Source: an uncultured delta proteobacterium (GTDB lineage: Bacteria > Desulfobacterota > Syntrophorhabdia > Syntrophorhabdales > WCHB1-27). From it: 64,000 bases of DNA. This document shows positions 47,714-58,990 of this stretch, one piece after another. The stretch lies in assembly GCA_963810935.1 (NCBI GenBank), contig CAWEPK010000012.1, positions 352,001-416,000 on the forward strand. The letters run 5' to 3'. A program made the translations under genes and the position numbers. Positions within the stretch are counted from its first letter, which is position 1; the number at the start of each line of letters is the position of its first letter. The notes beneath the pieces are model-generated. The model was given only the letters and a program-made list of their open reading frames with translations. It ran no database searches and had not been told where the DNA came from.

Positions 47714-49516
47714 GTGAAGGAACACAACGAATCGGCAGCCCGCGACAGGAAATACAAGTGGTGCGAGCGCATACTGGCCCTCACCATGATCGTCCTCTTC
47801 ATGCGCCTCTTCGATTTGCAGATATTGAAAGGCGACGAGATGAGGAGGCTTTCGGAGCAAAACCGGGTGCGCGTCAAAAAGATACTGGCCCCCAGGGGCA
47901 CCATCTTCGACAGGACGGGCAAGATACTGGCCGACACGCGCCCGTCGTACAACCTTTACCTGATCCCCGAAGACATTAGGGACTTCAACCAGACCGTTGA
48001 CGGCTGCGTCAACCTCCTGACCCTCGACAGGGACGAGATCATCGAGAAGCTGAAGGACGCGCGCGATTTCCCGCCGTCTTTCCCCGTCAAGGTACTTACC
48101 GACATGTCGATGGACCAGGTGGCGAAGATTGAGGCCAGCAAGTTTTACCTGCCGGGCGTCATGATCCAGATCGAGCCGAAGCGCAACTATACGTATGGCC
48201 CGATGTTCGCGCACGTCCTCGGGTATGTGTCCGAGGTGAGTCCCGACGAGCTTAAAACCGAGGACTACAAGAAGTACGCCATCGGAGACACAATCGGCAA
48301 GTTCGGGCTGGAGAGAAAATACGAAAAGTACCTCCGGGGCGTGGACGGCGAGAAAAGGGTCGAGGTAGACGCGTCAGGCAAGGAGATCAGGACCCTCGAC
48401 ACGAAGGAGCCGGTCTCCGGAAACAGCATCTACCTGAACGTCGACCTGAACATCCAGGCAACGATAGATAAGGCCCTCGAAGGCAAGAAGGGGGGCGTGA
48501 TAGTCTCAGACCCCCGCACCGGGGGCGTGCTGGCCCTCGTCAGCCATCCCGCTTTCGACCCCAACCAGCTTACGTCCGGCTCGCGCGGATACTGGAAGAC
48601 TGTTCTCTCCGACCAGTCCAACCCGCTCAACAATAGGGTCATCCAGGGGCGCTTCCCTCCCGGCTCGACATTCAAGCCGCTGGTGGCGCTCGCCGCCCTC
48701 GAGAAAGGGGTCATCAACGAGACTACGAGCTTTAACTGCGGCGGCCACTTCACGTTCGCAGGCCACGTCTTTAAGTGCTGGCAGAAAAAGGGGCACGGCT
48801 CCGTGGCCATACATAAGGGCATAGTCGCCTCCTGCGACGTCTTTTTCTACAATACGGGCCTGAGGGCCGGCATAGACACCATCCACGAGTGGGCCGAAAA
48901 GATCGGCATCACGAAGCCGTCGGGGATAGACCTGCCGGGGGAGAACGTCGGCCTCGTCCCGTCGACGGAGTGGAAGAAGAAAAAGAAAGGGGAGAAGTGG
49001 TACGAGGGTGAGACGGTCTCCGTGGCGATAGGCCAGGGCGCCGTCTGGCTCACGCCTATAGAGCTGCTGCAGCTAACGTCTTTCATGGGCAACGAGGGCG
49101 TCACCTTCAAGCCTCGGCTGGTGAACAGGATAGTCTCGCCGGAGGGAAAGATAATAACGGTCTTCGAGCCTGAGATGAGCGCCAACGTAAAGCTCGACAA
49201 ACAGCACATAACGCTCGTCAAGGAGGGGATGAAGGGCGTAGTGAATGAGCCCGGCGGCACGGCCTACAGCAACGCCCGCCTGCAGAACGTGAGCATGAGC
49301 GGAAAGACAGGGTCCGCGCAGTCGGGCACAGGCGGCGCCGACCACGCGTGGTTCATCGCGTTTGCGCCCAGCGACGCCCCGTCGGTCGCCATGAGCATAC
49401 TGGTAGAGCACGGCATGCACGGCGCGTCCGCCGCCGCCCCGATCGCGAAGGCGGTAGCGGAGACTATGTTCAAGCAGCAACAAGACATAAAATCGGCGGC
49501 CCTCAATGTACATTGA
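47714..49516 (+). CDS. mrdA: Penicillin-binding protein 2
   Basis: APRGTIFDR, STFK, SCD, KTG motifs. Confidence 0.95.
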   Translation: MKEHNESAARDRKYKWCERILALTMIVLFMRLFDLQILKGDEMRRLSEQNRVRVKKILAPRGTIFDRTGKILADTRPSYNLYLIPEDIRDFNQTVDGCVNLLTLDRDEIIEKLKDARDFPPSFPVKVLTDMSMDQVAKIEASKFYLPGVMIQIEPKRNYTYGPMFAHVLGYVSEVSPDELKTEDYKKYAIGDTIGKFGLERKYEKYLRGVDGEKRVEVDASGKEIRTLDTKEPVSGNSIYLNVDLNIQATIDKALEGKKGGVIVSDPRTGGVLALVSHPAFDPNQLTSGSRGYWKTVLSDQSNPLNNRVIQGRFPPGSTFKPLVALAALEKGVINETTSFNCGGHFTFAGHVFKCWQKKGHGSVAIHKGIVASCDVFFYNTGLRAGIDTIHEWAEKIGITKPSGIDLPGENVGLVPSTEWKKKKKGEKWYEGETVSVAIGQGAVWLTPIELLQLTSFMGNEGVTFKPRLVNRIVSPEGKIITVFEPEMSANVKLDKQHITLVKEGMKGVVNEPGGTAYSNARLQNVSMSGKTGSAQSGTGGADHAWFIAFAPSDAPSVAMSILVEHGMHGASAAAPIAKAVAETMFKQQQDIKSAALNVH

Positions 49517-50612
49517 CCGTAGAAGGCTTTACCACCTCGACTGGTACCTGATACTCAACGGCCTGGTCCTTCTCGCCATCGGCTTCATCAACCTGGCGAG
49601 CGCGACGAGGTCGATCGATACGGGGCCGTACAACCTGCTTCTGAAGCAGGCGGTAGCCCTCTGCATAGGCGTCGCCGTCCTTTTCCTGATCCTTACGTAC
49701 GATTATCGCCTGATCGCCAGCTACGCCAGGCACTTCTACGGCGCAACCCTCTTTTTCATAATCTTCGTCCTCGTCCTCGGGACTATAGCGGGCGGGGCGA
49801 AAAGATGGCTCAGCATAGCCGGGATCGCCTTCCAGCCGTCGGAGCTGATGAAGCCCGTAATGGTGCTCATGCTCGCCAATATGCTATTCCAGCGAAAGAA
49901 GGAGGGCGAGCGGCTGAACATGAAAGACATCCTCGTGCCGCTGCTCTATATCCTGGTCCCGTGCGTCCTCATCCTGAAGCAGCCGGACCTGGGCACCGCA
50001 GTCGTCATACTCCTTTGTTGCGCCTGCATGCTCTGGTACGTCGGCCTGACCCGGATAACGTACGTCTTTTTGGGGAGCTTCGGGCTCTCCTCGATACCCA
50101 TCCTCTGGAAATTCCTGATGAAGCCGTACCAGAAGATGCGGATACTCAGCCTCGTCAACCCGGACATGGACCCGTCGGGGTACGGGTACCATTCGATACA
50201 GGCGAAAATAGCGGTCGGCTCAGGCGGCCTCATAGGCAAAGGGTACCTTAACGGGACACAGCATAAGCTCCATTTCATCCCGGAGCACCACACCGATTTC
50301 ATTTTCACGGTCATCGGGGAGGAATGGGGTTTCATCGGGTCGATCATACTTTTCATGCTCTTCATCTCGTTCATTTACAGGTGCCTGAAGATATCCCAGA
50401 ACACGAACGAGCCGCTAGGCTCGGCCATCTGCTTCGGCGTGGCGTCGATGATCTTCATACAGTTTACGATCAATATCCTGATGGCGATAAACCTGGCCCC
50501 GGTAGTAGGCATCCCCCTACCGTTCATCAGCTACGGCGGCTCCTCGCTGATATCCACCCTCATCGGCGTGGCGCTATTGCTGAACATCAACATGCGACGA
50601 TATATGTTCTAG
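49506..50612 (+). CDS. rodA: RodA SEDS glycosyltransferase
   Basis: GAKRW, QPSE, QPDLGT, PEHHTDFIF, SYGGSS. Confidence 0.96.
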   Translation: MYIDRRRLYHLDWYLILNGLVLLAIGFINLASATRSIDTGPYNLLLKQAVALCIGVAVLFLILTYDYRLIASYARHFYGATLFFIIFVLVLGTIAGGAKRWLSIAGIAFQPSELMKPVMVLMLANMLFQRKKEGERLNMKDILVPLLYILVPCVLILKQPDLGTAVVILLCCACMLWYVGLTRITYVFLGSFGLSSIPILWKFLMKPYQKMRILSLVNPDMDPSGYGYHSIQAKIAVGSGGLIGKGYLNGTQHKLHFIPEHHTDFIFTVIGEEWGFIGSIILFMLFISFIYRCLKISQNTNEPLGSAICFGVASMIFIQFTINILMAINLAPVVGIPLPFISYGGSSLISTLIGVALLLNINMRRYMF

Positions 50613-50617
50613 GGTGG

Positions 50618-50742
50618 GGGGCCGGGATATTTTGGCGCTATGCGCCTGTCTCTCCGGGCCGCACGTCCTCACGTACAAAGAAGTACGCTCCGGGCGGCGG
50701 CTCCTCGATCACGGCGCCTATCATCCAAAATCTCCCGGCCCC
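50618..50742 (-). repeat. Structured repeat family 1, copy C
   Basis: GGGGCCGGGATATTTTGG..GTCCTCACGTAC-6nt-GTACGCTCCGG..CCAAAATCTCCCGGCCCC. Confidence 0.88.
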
Positions 50743-50824
50743 TGGCAGTGCGAGTACGTAGAGGCGGTCTTTATTATACGGTTGGAATTCGTCCCCGCTA
50801 TTCCAGTCCTTGCTTAGATGTCTG

Positions 50825-51502
50825 TTATCCCGATCTTCCGATTTTTTTCCATATAATCGGAATCAATATCAGAAGGGCAAGACACATCAGGGAAACGAGC
50901 GTTCGGGATTGGAGCACGTCTTTTAGGGATGAAATGTTGCCCATTTGGCTTCCCGTGAAGGTGTAGATGAGACATACAGGAAGCATGCCTACAGCCGTGG
51001 CCCAGGTAAAAGTGCGAAGGGGCAGCCTGGTAAGGCCGCACAGGTAGTTGACGATAAGAAAAGGAAAAACAGGGACGATCCTGGACGCTATAACGTACAG
51101 GTGGCCATGCCGCTCAAGTTCGGCGTTGAACAGGCTGAGCTGCGATGCGTACCTGACCTGAAGCCAACTGCCCATTACATAGCGGGACAGGACGAATGCC
51201 AGGACCGCGCTGGTCGTGGCGCCGATGCTTGAGTAAATCGCACCGGGGAAGGTATGAAAGAAAACGCCCCCGGCGACGGTGAGGATCAGAGCGGCCGGAA
51301 GAATCAGGGCCGTCACACCGTAGACAATCATGTAAATCAGAACGGATAGCAGATAGTGTCTTCCGATTAACTGTTCAAGAATTTCGCGATGCTCGTTTAA
51401 CTTTCCAGGCGTCAGATAACGGCTGAGACCGGAAAGATGCGCCGTCACGGCCATTGCCAGCACAAAAAGGACCAGAATAAATTTCCTGTTCAGGATTCTC
51501 AT
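50825..51502 (-). CDS. TVP38/TMEM64 (DedA/VTT) membrane protein
   Basis: LPAALILTVAGGVFF, RIVPVFPF..NYLCG, TAVGMLP. Confidence 0.9.
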   Translation of the reverse strand: MRILNRKFILVLFVLAMAVTAHLSGLSRYLTPGKLNEHREILEQLIGRHYLLSVLIYMIVYGVTALILPAALILTVAGGVFFHTFPGAIYSSIGATTSAVLAFVLSRYVMGSWLQVRYASQLSLFNAELERHGHLYVIASRIVPVFPFLIVNYLCGLTRLPLRTFTWATAVGMLPVCLIYTFTGSQMGNISSLKDVLQSRTLVSLMCLALLILIPIIWKKIGRSG

Positions 51503-52272
51503 CAGTCTGGGGCGTTCTCCATGCTTACCTCCCCGAACAGCCTGGACCGGATCAGGCCCATCTTCGCCAACCGGTAGTTGAAGGCTGTTGCCAGACAGCC
51601 CAGACCGTATTTGACGCTACGGGAGAAGTTGATAGATGAAGCGTCCGGGAAATATTTTGTCGGGCAGCTCACCTCCGCAACGACGTAGCCGAGCCACAGG
51701 ACCTGGGCAATGAACTGGTTGTCGAAGATGAAGTCGTTGGAGTTGCGGCCGAACGGTATTCTCTCCAGAAGCTCGCGCGAAAAGGCGCGGTAGCCCGTAT
51801 GATACTCGGAAAGTTTCGCGCCCGTCAACACGTTTTCGGCAAGGGTGAGCAAGCGATTGAAGATGAACTTATACAGGGGCATCCCCCCTTTGAGGGCATA
51901 ACCGCCCAAAATTCTCGACCCGAGCACAACGTCATAGAGTCCGCTGCCGATCATGGAAACCATGGCGGGAATAAGCAGCGGCGTATACTGGTAGTCAGGG
52001 TGCACCATAATGACGATGTCGGCGCCCTCGAGGATCGCTTCCCGGTAGCAGGTCTTTTGATTACCGCCATAGCCCAGGTTGGACTCATGTACAAAAACCT
52101 TGGTTTTGGGTAATGCGCGGGCAAGGTCTGCCGTACCGTCCTTGCTGCCGTCATCCACCACGATGACCAGGTCTACGCAATCCTGTTGAAGCACCTCAGC
52201 GTGTGTCTGAAGAAGCGTCCCCTCGGCATTGTAGGCCGGCATCACGACAACCACCTTCTTCTTCTGATACAT
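51502..52272 (-). CDS. GT2 glycosyltransferase (polyprenol-phosphate sugar synthase-like)
   Basis: VMPAYN, VDDGSKD, GYGGNQK, HPDYQY, LSEYHTGYRAF. Confidence 0.92.
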   Translation of the reverse strand: MYQKKKVVVVMPAYNAEGTLLQTHAEVLQQDCVDLVIVVDDGSKDGTADLARALPKTKVFVHESNLGYGGNQKTCYREAILEGADIVIMVHPDYQYTPLLIPAMVSMIGSGLYDVVLGSRILGGYALKGGMPLYKFIFNRLLTLAENVLTGAKLSEYHTGYRAFSRELLERIPFGRNSNDFIFDNQFIAQVLWLGYVVAEVSCPTKYFPDASSINFSRSVKYGLGCLATAFNYRLAKMGLIRSRLFGEVSMENAPD

Positions 52273-52463
52273 ACCGTCTCCTCGCTCCACCCGGATGGGC
52301 CAATATTAACTGACAGAAGAATATCACATCATGCGCATACCTCAAGTGGTAATTTTCAGGTCGCGGACCCAAACAAATCTCTTTTCTCTGAAATCCGGCT
52401 ATGTTACACTCTGTCCCGCGCATGGGTACCGGTAGACGGCAGCCCGTTGCGGCCGTTAATGCC

Positions 52464-54191
52464 ATGAGAATAATCGGCTCATCCAACAGCCGTTTCGACA
52501 ACGTGATATTGCCTTTCGTTTTAGGGGGCCTGCTTTGCGTTGTACTTATGATCGTCAATCCCGGCTGGAATTACAACCCTGTAGGATTTGTAGACGATTC
52601 CGTCTACCTCGGGCATAGCTTCGATTTTCCCGCTCTACCCCTTGACTTTCCCGGCGCTCCAAGCGGAGACCTTCTGCCTCTGATCCTTCCGGGGGCTGCC
52701 GCGTATAAACTGTTGAGCCCGGTTTGGGCCAATCTCTCTTTCGATTTCTTTTTCTTTACGGTTTCCGTATGCTTCTTCTATTTCGTATTGCTGAAAACCA
52801 TTGGAGTGCGAGGCGCTATTTTCGGGGCAGTCGCACTTGCCACTTATCGCTATTTCCTTTTTGCCACGGGTTCCGATTACACAACGGGAAAGGTCGTCGC
52901 ATATCTGATCCTGTCGCTTTTTGCCATAACGAAAGCCGGCTTTGCAGATGACCGCTTACGCAGGCATGCCTGGTCGACCGTCACAGGGTTCTTCTGTTCG
53001 CTTATGGTATACACTGCGATCCTCGGCCTTGTTTACATCCCCGCCCTTCTCCTTTTCTACGTCCTTCTCACCGGCCGAAAAAAGAGGTTAGCCGGCGTTC
53101 TGGCGCAGACATGCAACTCCTGTCTTTTTATGCTTGCCGGGTTTATGCTCGGGACCGTTATGCTCGGGGGCGTGCATTTTACATATGCTCATACTTTTTG
53201 GTTCTTCACCAATTCCATCAGAAAACTCTTCTTTATCCTGTCTTCTGAAAGGTGTATCAAAGGTTATGGGTGGATTGCCGGAGCAACATGGCTCGTCCTC
53301 CCTGCAAGCGTAACCATCGTAAGCCTGATTGGTCTGTTCCGCACCTTCCATGCCTCCGGGTTGAAGCATCACATTGTCCGAAGTTTTTATCTCATGAATG
53401 CCCTCGTTTTGGCTGTTATGGTTTGCTTGTACCTATTCAGGAACCAGTAAACGGTCTGCACGTTCGTCTATTTCAATCAGACGATGCCATTTACCTTTCT
53501 TTCCCTGGCAGCTCTTTTCAGCGGAAAACTGGATATGTTGGAGAAGAGAAGTTTCATTCGCCTTATGACAGGTCTTCTCTTGTTCCTTTTGGCTATACAC
53601 TTCGCGGGCAGATTCAACTACTCCGTTGCCTCCACCGGTTTCGGGTCAATTCTATTCCTGTTTTTCCTGCCGCCGTTATTGGGGTTGTCGCTGCTCCTTG
53701 CGGAAAAATACTGGAAGCCCGGAATGCTTCTTGTTTGTCTTCTATCGTCGATAGTGTGGATCAACGTTTTTTGTCAGCCCCCAGGCTTCTCCAGGCTGGC
53801 CAAGCTGCATGGGCTTACCTCGAGAAAGCAGGCCTTTGTAGCGACAATCGAATGGCTGCGGAAAATGGACGAGATCGACCCTGCGCGGCGGCTCTATTTA
53901 TTGTACGATAAATATGAAGCGTTCGGTCCATATTATACGCAAATGTCGGCTGCTTCTCACTTATGGGCCCTTCGGGTCGTGACCGAATCGCTGCCGGACA
54001 TTCGACCCGTAGACGGTGGAGCCCGTATGCCTAAAAAAGGGTCGATAATGGTCCTTTCGGTCCGGCCCGATCCCCTTAATAAAATACCGCTCCGGTTGGA
54101 AGAGAAGCTATCTTTCACGCTGTCGAGGGTTGTCGTTTTTACATTCCAAAAGAACACCTTTTTTGCCAATATTTATGAAATCCATACATAA
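52464..54191 (+). pseudogene. Multi-TM GT-C-like membrane protein interrupted by an in-frame TAA at 53448-53450
   Basis: ORFs 52401-53450 and 53484-54191 share a frame; DDSVY after first TM; divergent from GT2; low GC. Confidence 0.55.
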
Positions 54192-54353
54192 GAAGGATAG
54201 TTCAAGGTCGCGAACGGGGAAAGGAGCGGCCGCCGGGGGGGTGGCAAAAAAAAGCGTGAGCGCCGGTTATAGGCCGGGCTCACGCGTGCGGCAAACCTTA
54301 TCAAGAACTGCGTATTACCTACTTCGACTCTGCCGGATGCCGGCTCACCCCAA

Positions 54354-54992
54354 TTAGTACATACGTTTGCAATGGGAGCCCTTAACCCAGCTCGCAACAT
54401 CCTTTGATTTGTTCTGACCGAAGTCTTTTTCTGCCTTATCTACCGGTTGCATGTCAACTACGTCTGTCCTGTAGACATTATATTTTTTTTGCCCCTTGCC
54501 TGGATGGTCGGGATTAAGCTTTATAACCGCAGCACCCATACCGAGAGGGCCTCCATGTTGCGCACCGGTAGCCATGTAGAAGAAGATCTTGCTGGCAGTT
54601 TCCGTCAACGCGTCGATTTTTTCTAGTATCTCGGCCTCAGTGAAAATGGTGGTCTCCAGGCTTGCCCTGTTCCTCTCTTCCAATTTGACCTGCTTCGACC
54701 CCTCATCGAACCATCCATCGTAGATTATCAAGTCCGGGCGCCCATCAAGAGACGTGTAGTCCTTCACCTGTATTTTCTTGGCCTGCGCCTCAGACTCGTC
54801 AAAAACCCTGATCTGTAACCCCGTTTCCTGATTTGCGCTCTTCTGCACCACAGCCTTGAGAAGCCCCGCCAAAACGGGGTCCATTCCCGTTTCCGCCGTC
54901 AAATGCTTTTGCACCAGCTCCGTTAGTGCCCGTGGTCCTGCCAGCTTCTCTTGCCTCACGTCCTCCTGCACCGACTTTTTACTCCAGAACAT
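54354..54992 (-). CDS. Hypothetical protein
   Basis: 212 aa, AAGGAGG RBS, IRVFD..YTSLD..LIIYDGW. Confidence 0.75.
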   Translation of the reverse strand: MFWSKKSVQEDVRQEKLAGPRALTELVQKHLTAETGMDPVLAGLLKAVVQKSANQETGLQIRVFDESEAQAKKIQVKDYTSLDGRPDLIIYDGWFDEGSKQVKLEERNRASLETTIFTEAEILEKIDALTETASKIFFYMATGAQHGGPLGMGAAVIKLNPDHPGKGQKKYNVYRTDVVDMQPVDKAEKDFGQNKSKDVASWVKGSHCKRMY

Positions 54993-55128
54993 CTCTTGTG
55001 CCTCCTTTGAGCTTTACGAAAACGGCAGAAACCTGAGAGTGAACTGTACCAGCCTAAACACAACTATACACTTTGTCAACCGCTATCTTGTATCAACAAG
55101 TATACTATCCGGGCCGAACAAGATGTTC

Positions 55129-57147
55129 TCATTTTGTTATGTCGGTGGGGAGTTGACTCGATGGGGGCTTTGTAGCTAATGCCGGGAGGTCCGCCACGAT
55201 CCCAGGCGCGAGTTTAGCCATCAGGAGCGCCCCTAACCCTTCCAGGACTCCACCGCCCGAATCGCTGCCGCCAAGGACCAAGGTGTTGGGTGTGAACGGA
55301 ACGGTGCTTTTCGAGAGAGCCTCGACTGCGTTCACTAGAGCGGTGGCCCCCTGACCCAATGCCGCGACCTGTTTTTGGTAGGCCTCTGCCCTGGCCAAGC
55401 CGATGGCTCTCACCTGAGCGCCTTGAGCAGCGCCGGTCCGCTCGATGTAAGTGGCCTCGCCGTCGGCCTCGGCTTTGCGAGCCTCGGCGTTATTCTTCTT
55501 GATATCGACACCCACTGCGGACTGAGCAAGGCCCGCCTGCATGTCGGCAGTTCCCTTGGCCTTTTCGGTTTCGACGCGTTGGTCCTGGGCCTGCCTCTGC
55601 ATCTTGAAGGTCTCAACTTCCTGGTGAGCGACCTCGCGCTGAGTCAGCACCGTGACCAACGGCTCCGGGTAAATCACGTCCTGGATATAGACGCCCCGAG
55701 TCTCGATTTCGTACTCGGCGAGCTTTTCTTGTATATACTGGAACGCTTCCTCCTGAACAATTTGGCGTGTCTGGATAAACTTGATCGCTTCCATGCCGCC
55801 TATCTTGTCGCGGAAAAGGTTGCCGACAGCCGCTTGCAGGACTTCGTTGACCAGGTTTTCCATTGAACCGACCATGGAAATAACCCGGGGCGCCTTTGTG
55901 TCCGGGACGTGGATAAGCACCTGGAGATCGATGGAAAACACAAAGCCCTCATTGCTTTTAGCGGTGATAGGCTCGAGACGCGCATCGAGCCCGTGAGCCC
56001 CGGTGACATCTTTAGCCCAGTCGAGTTTGAGGATAGCCGTGAGGACCACCTTGGCGTCGTAAATTCTGGGGTTTATGGGATATTTTCCGGTTCTCAATGC
56101 TTCTTGCCAGATACCCTGGTGTCCGGGTCGCACCAAACTCCCGAACTTGAAACCTACGCCTGAAATATCCTGAGTCGGCAAACCGACGTAGGCTTTAATG
56201 ACGCCGACCTGGCCTTGTTCGACAACCAGCATGGGGACCTGTTCAACGCGTACCAGGAACGGGTTCAGGTTATACGCGCCGTAAAGAAGCGGGTCGTGCT
56301 GGAGGCCTATTTTTCCACCAGCATCCAAAAACTTTTGGAAATCCTGGTAGTTGTTGTGCAGGTCGTTTTTGCTCCCAAGGATTAGCCCCATTAATTGGAA
56401 GTCGGTGACGTCTGCTTTCTTTTCAAGCTCTTGGATGTCCTCAAACTTTCCGAGCCGGCTGGCGATGGCGCCGGCCGGAAGCGGCTCGCCATCGAGTGTC
56501 GTGACGATGCCTATCATGTCGAGGACCCTTCCGCCCTCAGCGGGTTTTGGCGCAATACGGGTGACCTCCAGTTGCATTGCTTCAAGGCCGAAAGCTGCGA
56601 CCGTAAGCCCGTCTTTTGCCTGGGCAAGTTTCCTGTATTCATCGGAAACCGGCACGCCAAAGACCTGAGGCTTGGTAATGACCAGGAAAGCCACGGGGTG
56701 AATCGGAGCCAGCGTGCCCGGAGAAAGAACCGGCCTCTGAACGCCTTTTTGGCCGCCCTTCTCGATGAAAATTTTGAGGTCCGTGAAATTACCGAACTCG
56801 GGTTTGTATACGCCCGATTTTGCGCCGATAGGTGTCGGCTCGCCGACTTGTGCGATCACCACGCCGATTTGGCCTGCGGGCACCTGAACCCAGGGATGTT
56901 TCGTGACGTCGTAAACCAGGCAAAGCTTGAAACGGAGGCCAGGCATAAGTAACTCGGCCTGGTAACCGGCCTCACCCACGAAAGCCACCGGGTTGTTGCC
57001 GGGCAGTTTTGCTCCAAACCGTTTACGGACCAGTCCGATCTGGGTCGGTCCGATGCTGTAAATAGATTTAAAAGAGACCGCTGCCATGAAAAGCACCAGC
57101 AAAACGCCCAGCGCCTCAAAAAACCCAAACAAACTTATTTCTGTCAT
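55129..57147 (-). CDS. Large SPFH/flotillin-domain protein
   Basis: N-terminal TM, repeated GQKGVQ/GHQGIW..GKYPINP, SPFH core, AEA coiled coil. Confidence 0.88.
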   Translation of the reverse strand: MTEISLFGFFEALGVLLVLFMAAVSFKSIYSIGPTQIGLVRKRFGAKLPGNNPVAFVGEAGYQAELLMPGLRFKLCLVYDVTKHPWVQVPAGQIGVVIAQVGEPTPIGAKSGVYKPEFGNFTDLKIFIEKGGQKGVQRPVLSPGTLAPIHPVAFLVITKPQVFGVPVSDEYRKLAQAKDGLTVAAFGLEAMQLEVTRIAPKPAEGGRVLDMIGIVTTLDGEPLPAGAIASRLGKFEDIQELEKKADVTDFQLMGLILGSKNDLHNNYQDFQKFLDAGGKIGLQHDPLLYGAYNLNPFLVRVEQVPMLVVEQGQVGVIKAYVGLPTQDISGVGFKFGSLVRPGHQGIWQEALRTGKYPINPRIYDAKVVLTAILKLDWAKDVTGAHGLDARLEPITAKSNEGFVFSIDLQVLIHVPDTKAPRVISMVGSMENLVNEVLQAAVGNLFRDKIGGMEAIKFIQTRQIVQEEAFQYIQEKLAEYEIETRGVYIQDVIYPEPLVTVLTQREVAHQEVETFKMQRQAQDQRVETEKAKGTADMQAGLAQSAVGVDIKKNNAEARKAEADGEATYIERTGAAQGAQVRAIGLARAEAYQKQVAALGQGATALVNAVEALSKSTVPFTPNTLVLGGSDSGGGVLEGLGALLMAKLAPGIVADLPALATKPPSSQLPTDITK

Positions 57148-57499
57148 TGCTGCCTTCCCCTTTGTTGCACGAGCTGCGCTATAACTCTGCGGCTGTATTT
57201 AACGCAGGATTGATCTGCGACTTCTGTCAGGCCCGCCCGCAAACGGTCCATTAACGGTGGCGCGCTCAATTGAGATATTGATAATAAAGGGGTTTGAGAA
57301 AACGAGAGGAATCTTGACTGTCGGCCCGTCTATTACATTATCTATTACTATTATAAGCCTTATTATCGCAGTGCGCAACGCGGGTGTAGCCGATGATCGA
57401 TCGTGGGTGCAGGCCCGAATTGCCGCGTTGGCGATCATTAAGCAAACTGTCCGGTATCAGTTGCAGGCGGGGATTGGAGGCCAAACTTTATCGGGACTT

Positions 57500-57625
57500 A
57501 CAGCACTTATCCACGAATGTAAATACAACAGGACAGGTTTACGGTAACGGCCTTGGCGCAGCGACGACCCTGAACGCAGTCCCCAATGCCGGACAGATAG
57601 CATGGTTGCTGAGCCAATATGGCGC
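57500..57625 (+). pseudogene. Possible fragment of a PEP-CTERM-type secreted protein
   Basis: TNVNTTGQVYGNG..NAGQIAWLLSQYG with no start or C-terminus. Confidence 0.3.
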
Positions 57626-57644
57626 CCCCGCCCGCCCGCCGCCT

Positions 57645-58563
57645 TTAGCCGGGGCACTTCTGTAAGAACAGGTGCGCCTGTAGCGCTGCTTTGGCGCCTT
57701 CGCCTGCTGCTACTACTATCTGTTTCGCCGGCACGCTCGTCACGTCGCCGGCTGCATACAGGCCGGAGACGCCTGTCTCGCACGAGCAGTTTATCATGAT
57801 CTCCCCCAGCTCGTTCAGCGTCAGGAGGTCGCGCACGAAATCACTGTTGGGGATCAGCCCGATCTCAACGAATACGCCCGTCACAGGGACCGTCTTCTCC
57901 GCCCCGTTTTTCAAGTCCTTGATGCGGATGCCGGAGACGATTCCGTTCCCCATCACCTCCATCGTCTGGTGCTCCAGGGTCACGTCGATGTTGGCCGCCT
58001 CGGCCACCTTCTCCCTCAGGACGGGGTCGCCCGTAAGGCCGGTCAGCGATATGAGGTGGACGCTGCTCGCGATCTTCGACAGGTCGATAGCCGCCTCCAT
58101 CGCGGAGTTGCCCCCGCCGATCACGGCCACCTCCATGCCCGCAAAAAGCGGCCCGTCGCAGACCGAGCAATAGGTGACGCCCTTCCCCCGCAGCATCTCC
58201 TCGCCGGGCACGCCCAGCATCCGGGGCCGCTTGCCGCTGGCTACGATGACCGTCCGGCCCTGGTAGCGCTCGCCGTCCTGGTCAGTCACCTCGAAGCCGC
58301 CCCCGTGCACCTTGGTCAGCGATTTGACCGTCTTACCCGTCTTGATGTCTATGGGAAACTTGCGCACCTGCTCTTCGAACTTGGCGATCAGCTCGATCCC
58401 CTCGATGAACTGGTAGCCCATGTAGTTCTCTATACCGAGCGTCCAGCTCCACCTGCCCGCCTACTTCTTTGGCGATAAGGAGCGTCTGCTCTTTCTGGCG
58501 CGCTGCGTAGACGGCCGCCGTCATGCCGGCCGGGCCCGCGCCTATAATTATCATGTCGTACAT
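57645..58563 (-). CDS. trxB: Thioredoxin reductase/AhpF-like, frameshift near 58450
   Basis: IIGAGPAG..GGQV/fs/IENYMG, YCSVCDG, GGGNSA, AAGDVT. Confidence 0.88.
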
Positions 58564-58601
58564 CACCCCTCCCCCTTATCTTAAGCCGCCGGCCCCCTTG
58601 C

Positions 58602-58850
58602 TCACGCCGCCAGGCCGAGCGCTTTCTTCAGGCGGTCCTCCTCGAAGCCGATTATCATCTCCCCGTCGATGAATATAACGGGCACGCTCATCTGCCCCGT
58701 CTTTTTTACCATCTCATCCCTCGCCGCCTTGTCCGTCGTAACGTCGATGTCTTGAAAGGAGACGCCCTGCTCCCCGAGGAACTGCTTCAGTCTCTTGCAG
58801 TGCGGGCAGGTAGAGACCGAATAAACGAGAACTTTCTTTGCAGCTTCCAT
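58602..58850 (-). CDS. Glutaredoxin/NrdH-like redoxin
   Basis: CPHC, GQMSVPVI, IIGF. Confidence 0.92.
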   Translation of the reverse strand: MEAAKKVLVYSVSTCPHCKRLKQFLGEQGVSFQDIDVTTDKAARDEMVKKTGQMSVPVIFIDGEMIIGFEEDRLKKALGLAA

Positions 58851-58990
58851 TGCGCGCCTCCATCATTCATAATGACAAAAAGGTCCGGCTGGTTTATCTT
58901 AAATATTATCGTCCGCCGCCAGGTTGTCAACGTAATTCGCGCACGGCCTGGAAAACTCGGGCGCGCGGCTAAAGGGGGATAGAAGACTGC

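Noticed and set aside
53448..53450. Sec/Pyl read-through in the GT-C-like gene
   Set aside because: The codon is TAA, not TGA or TAG
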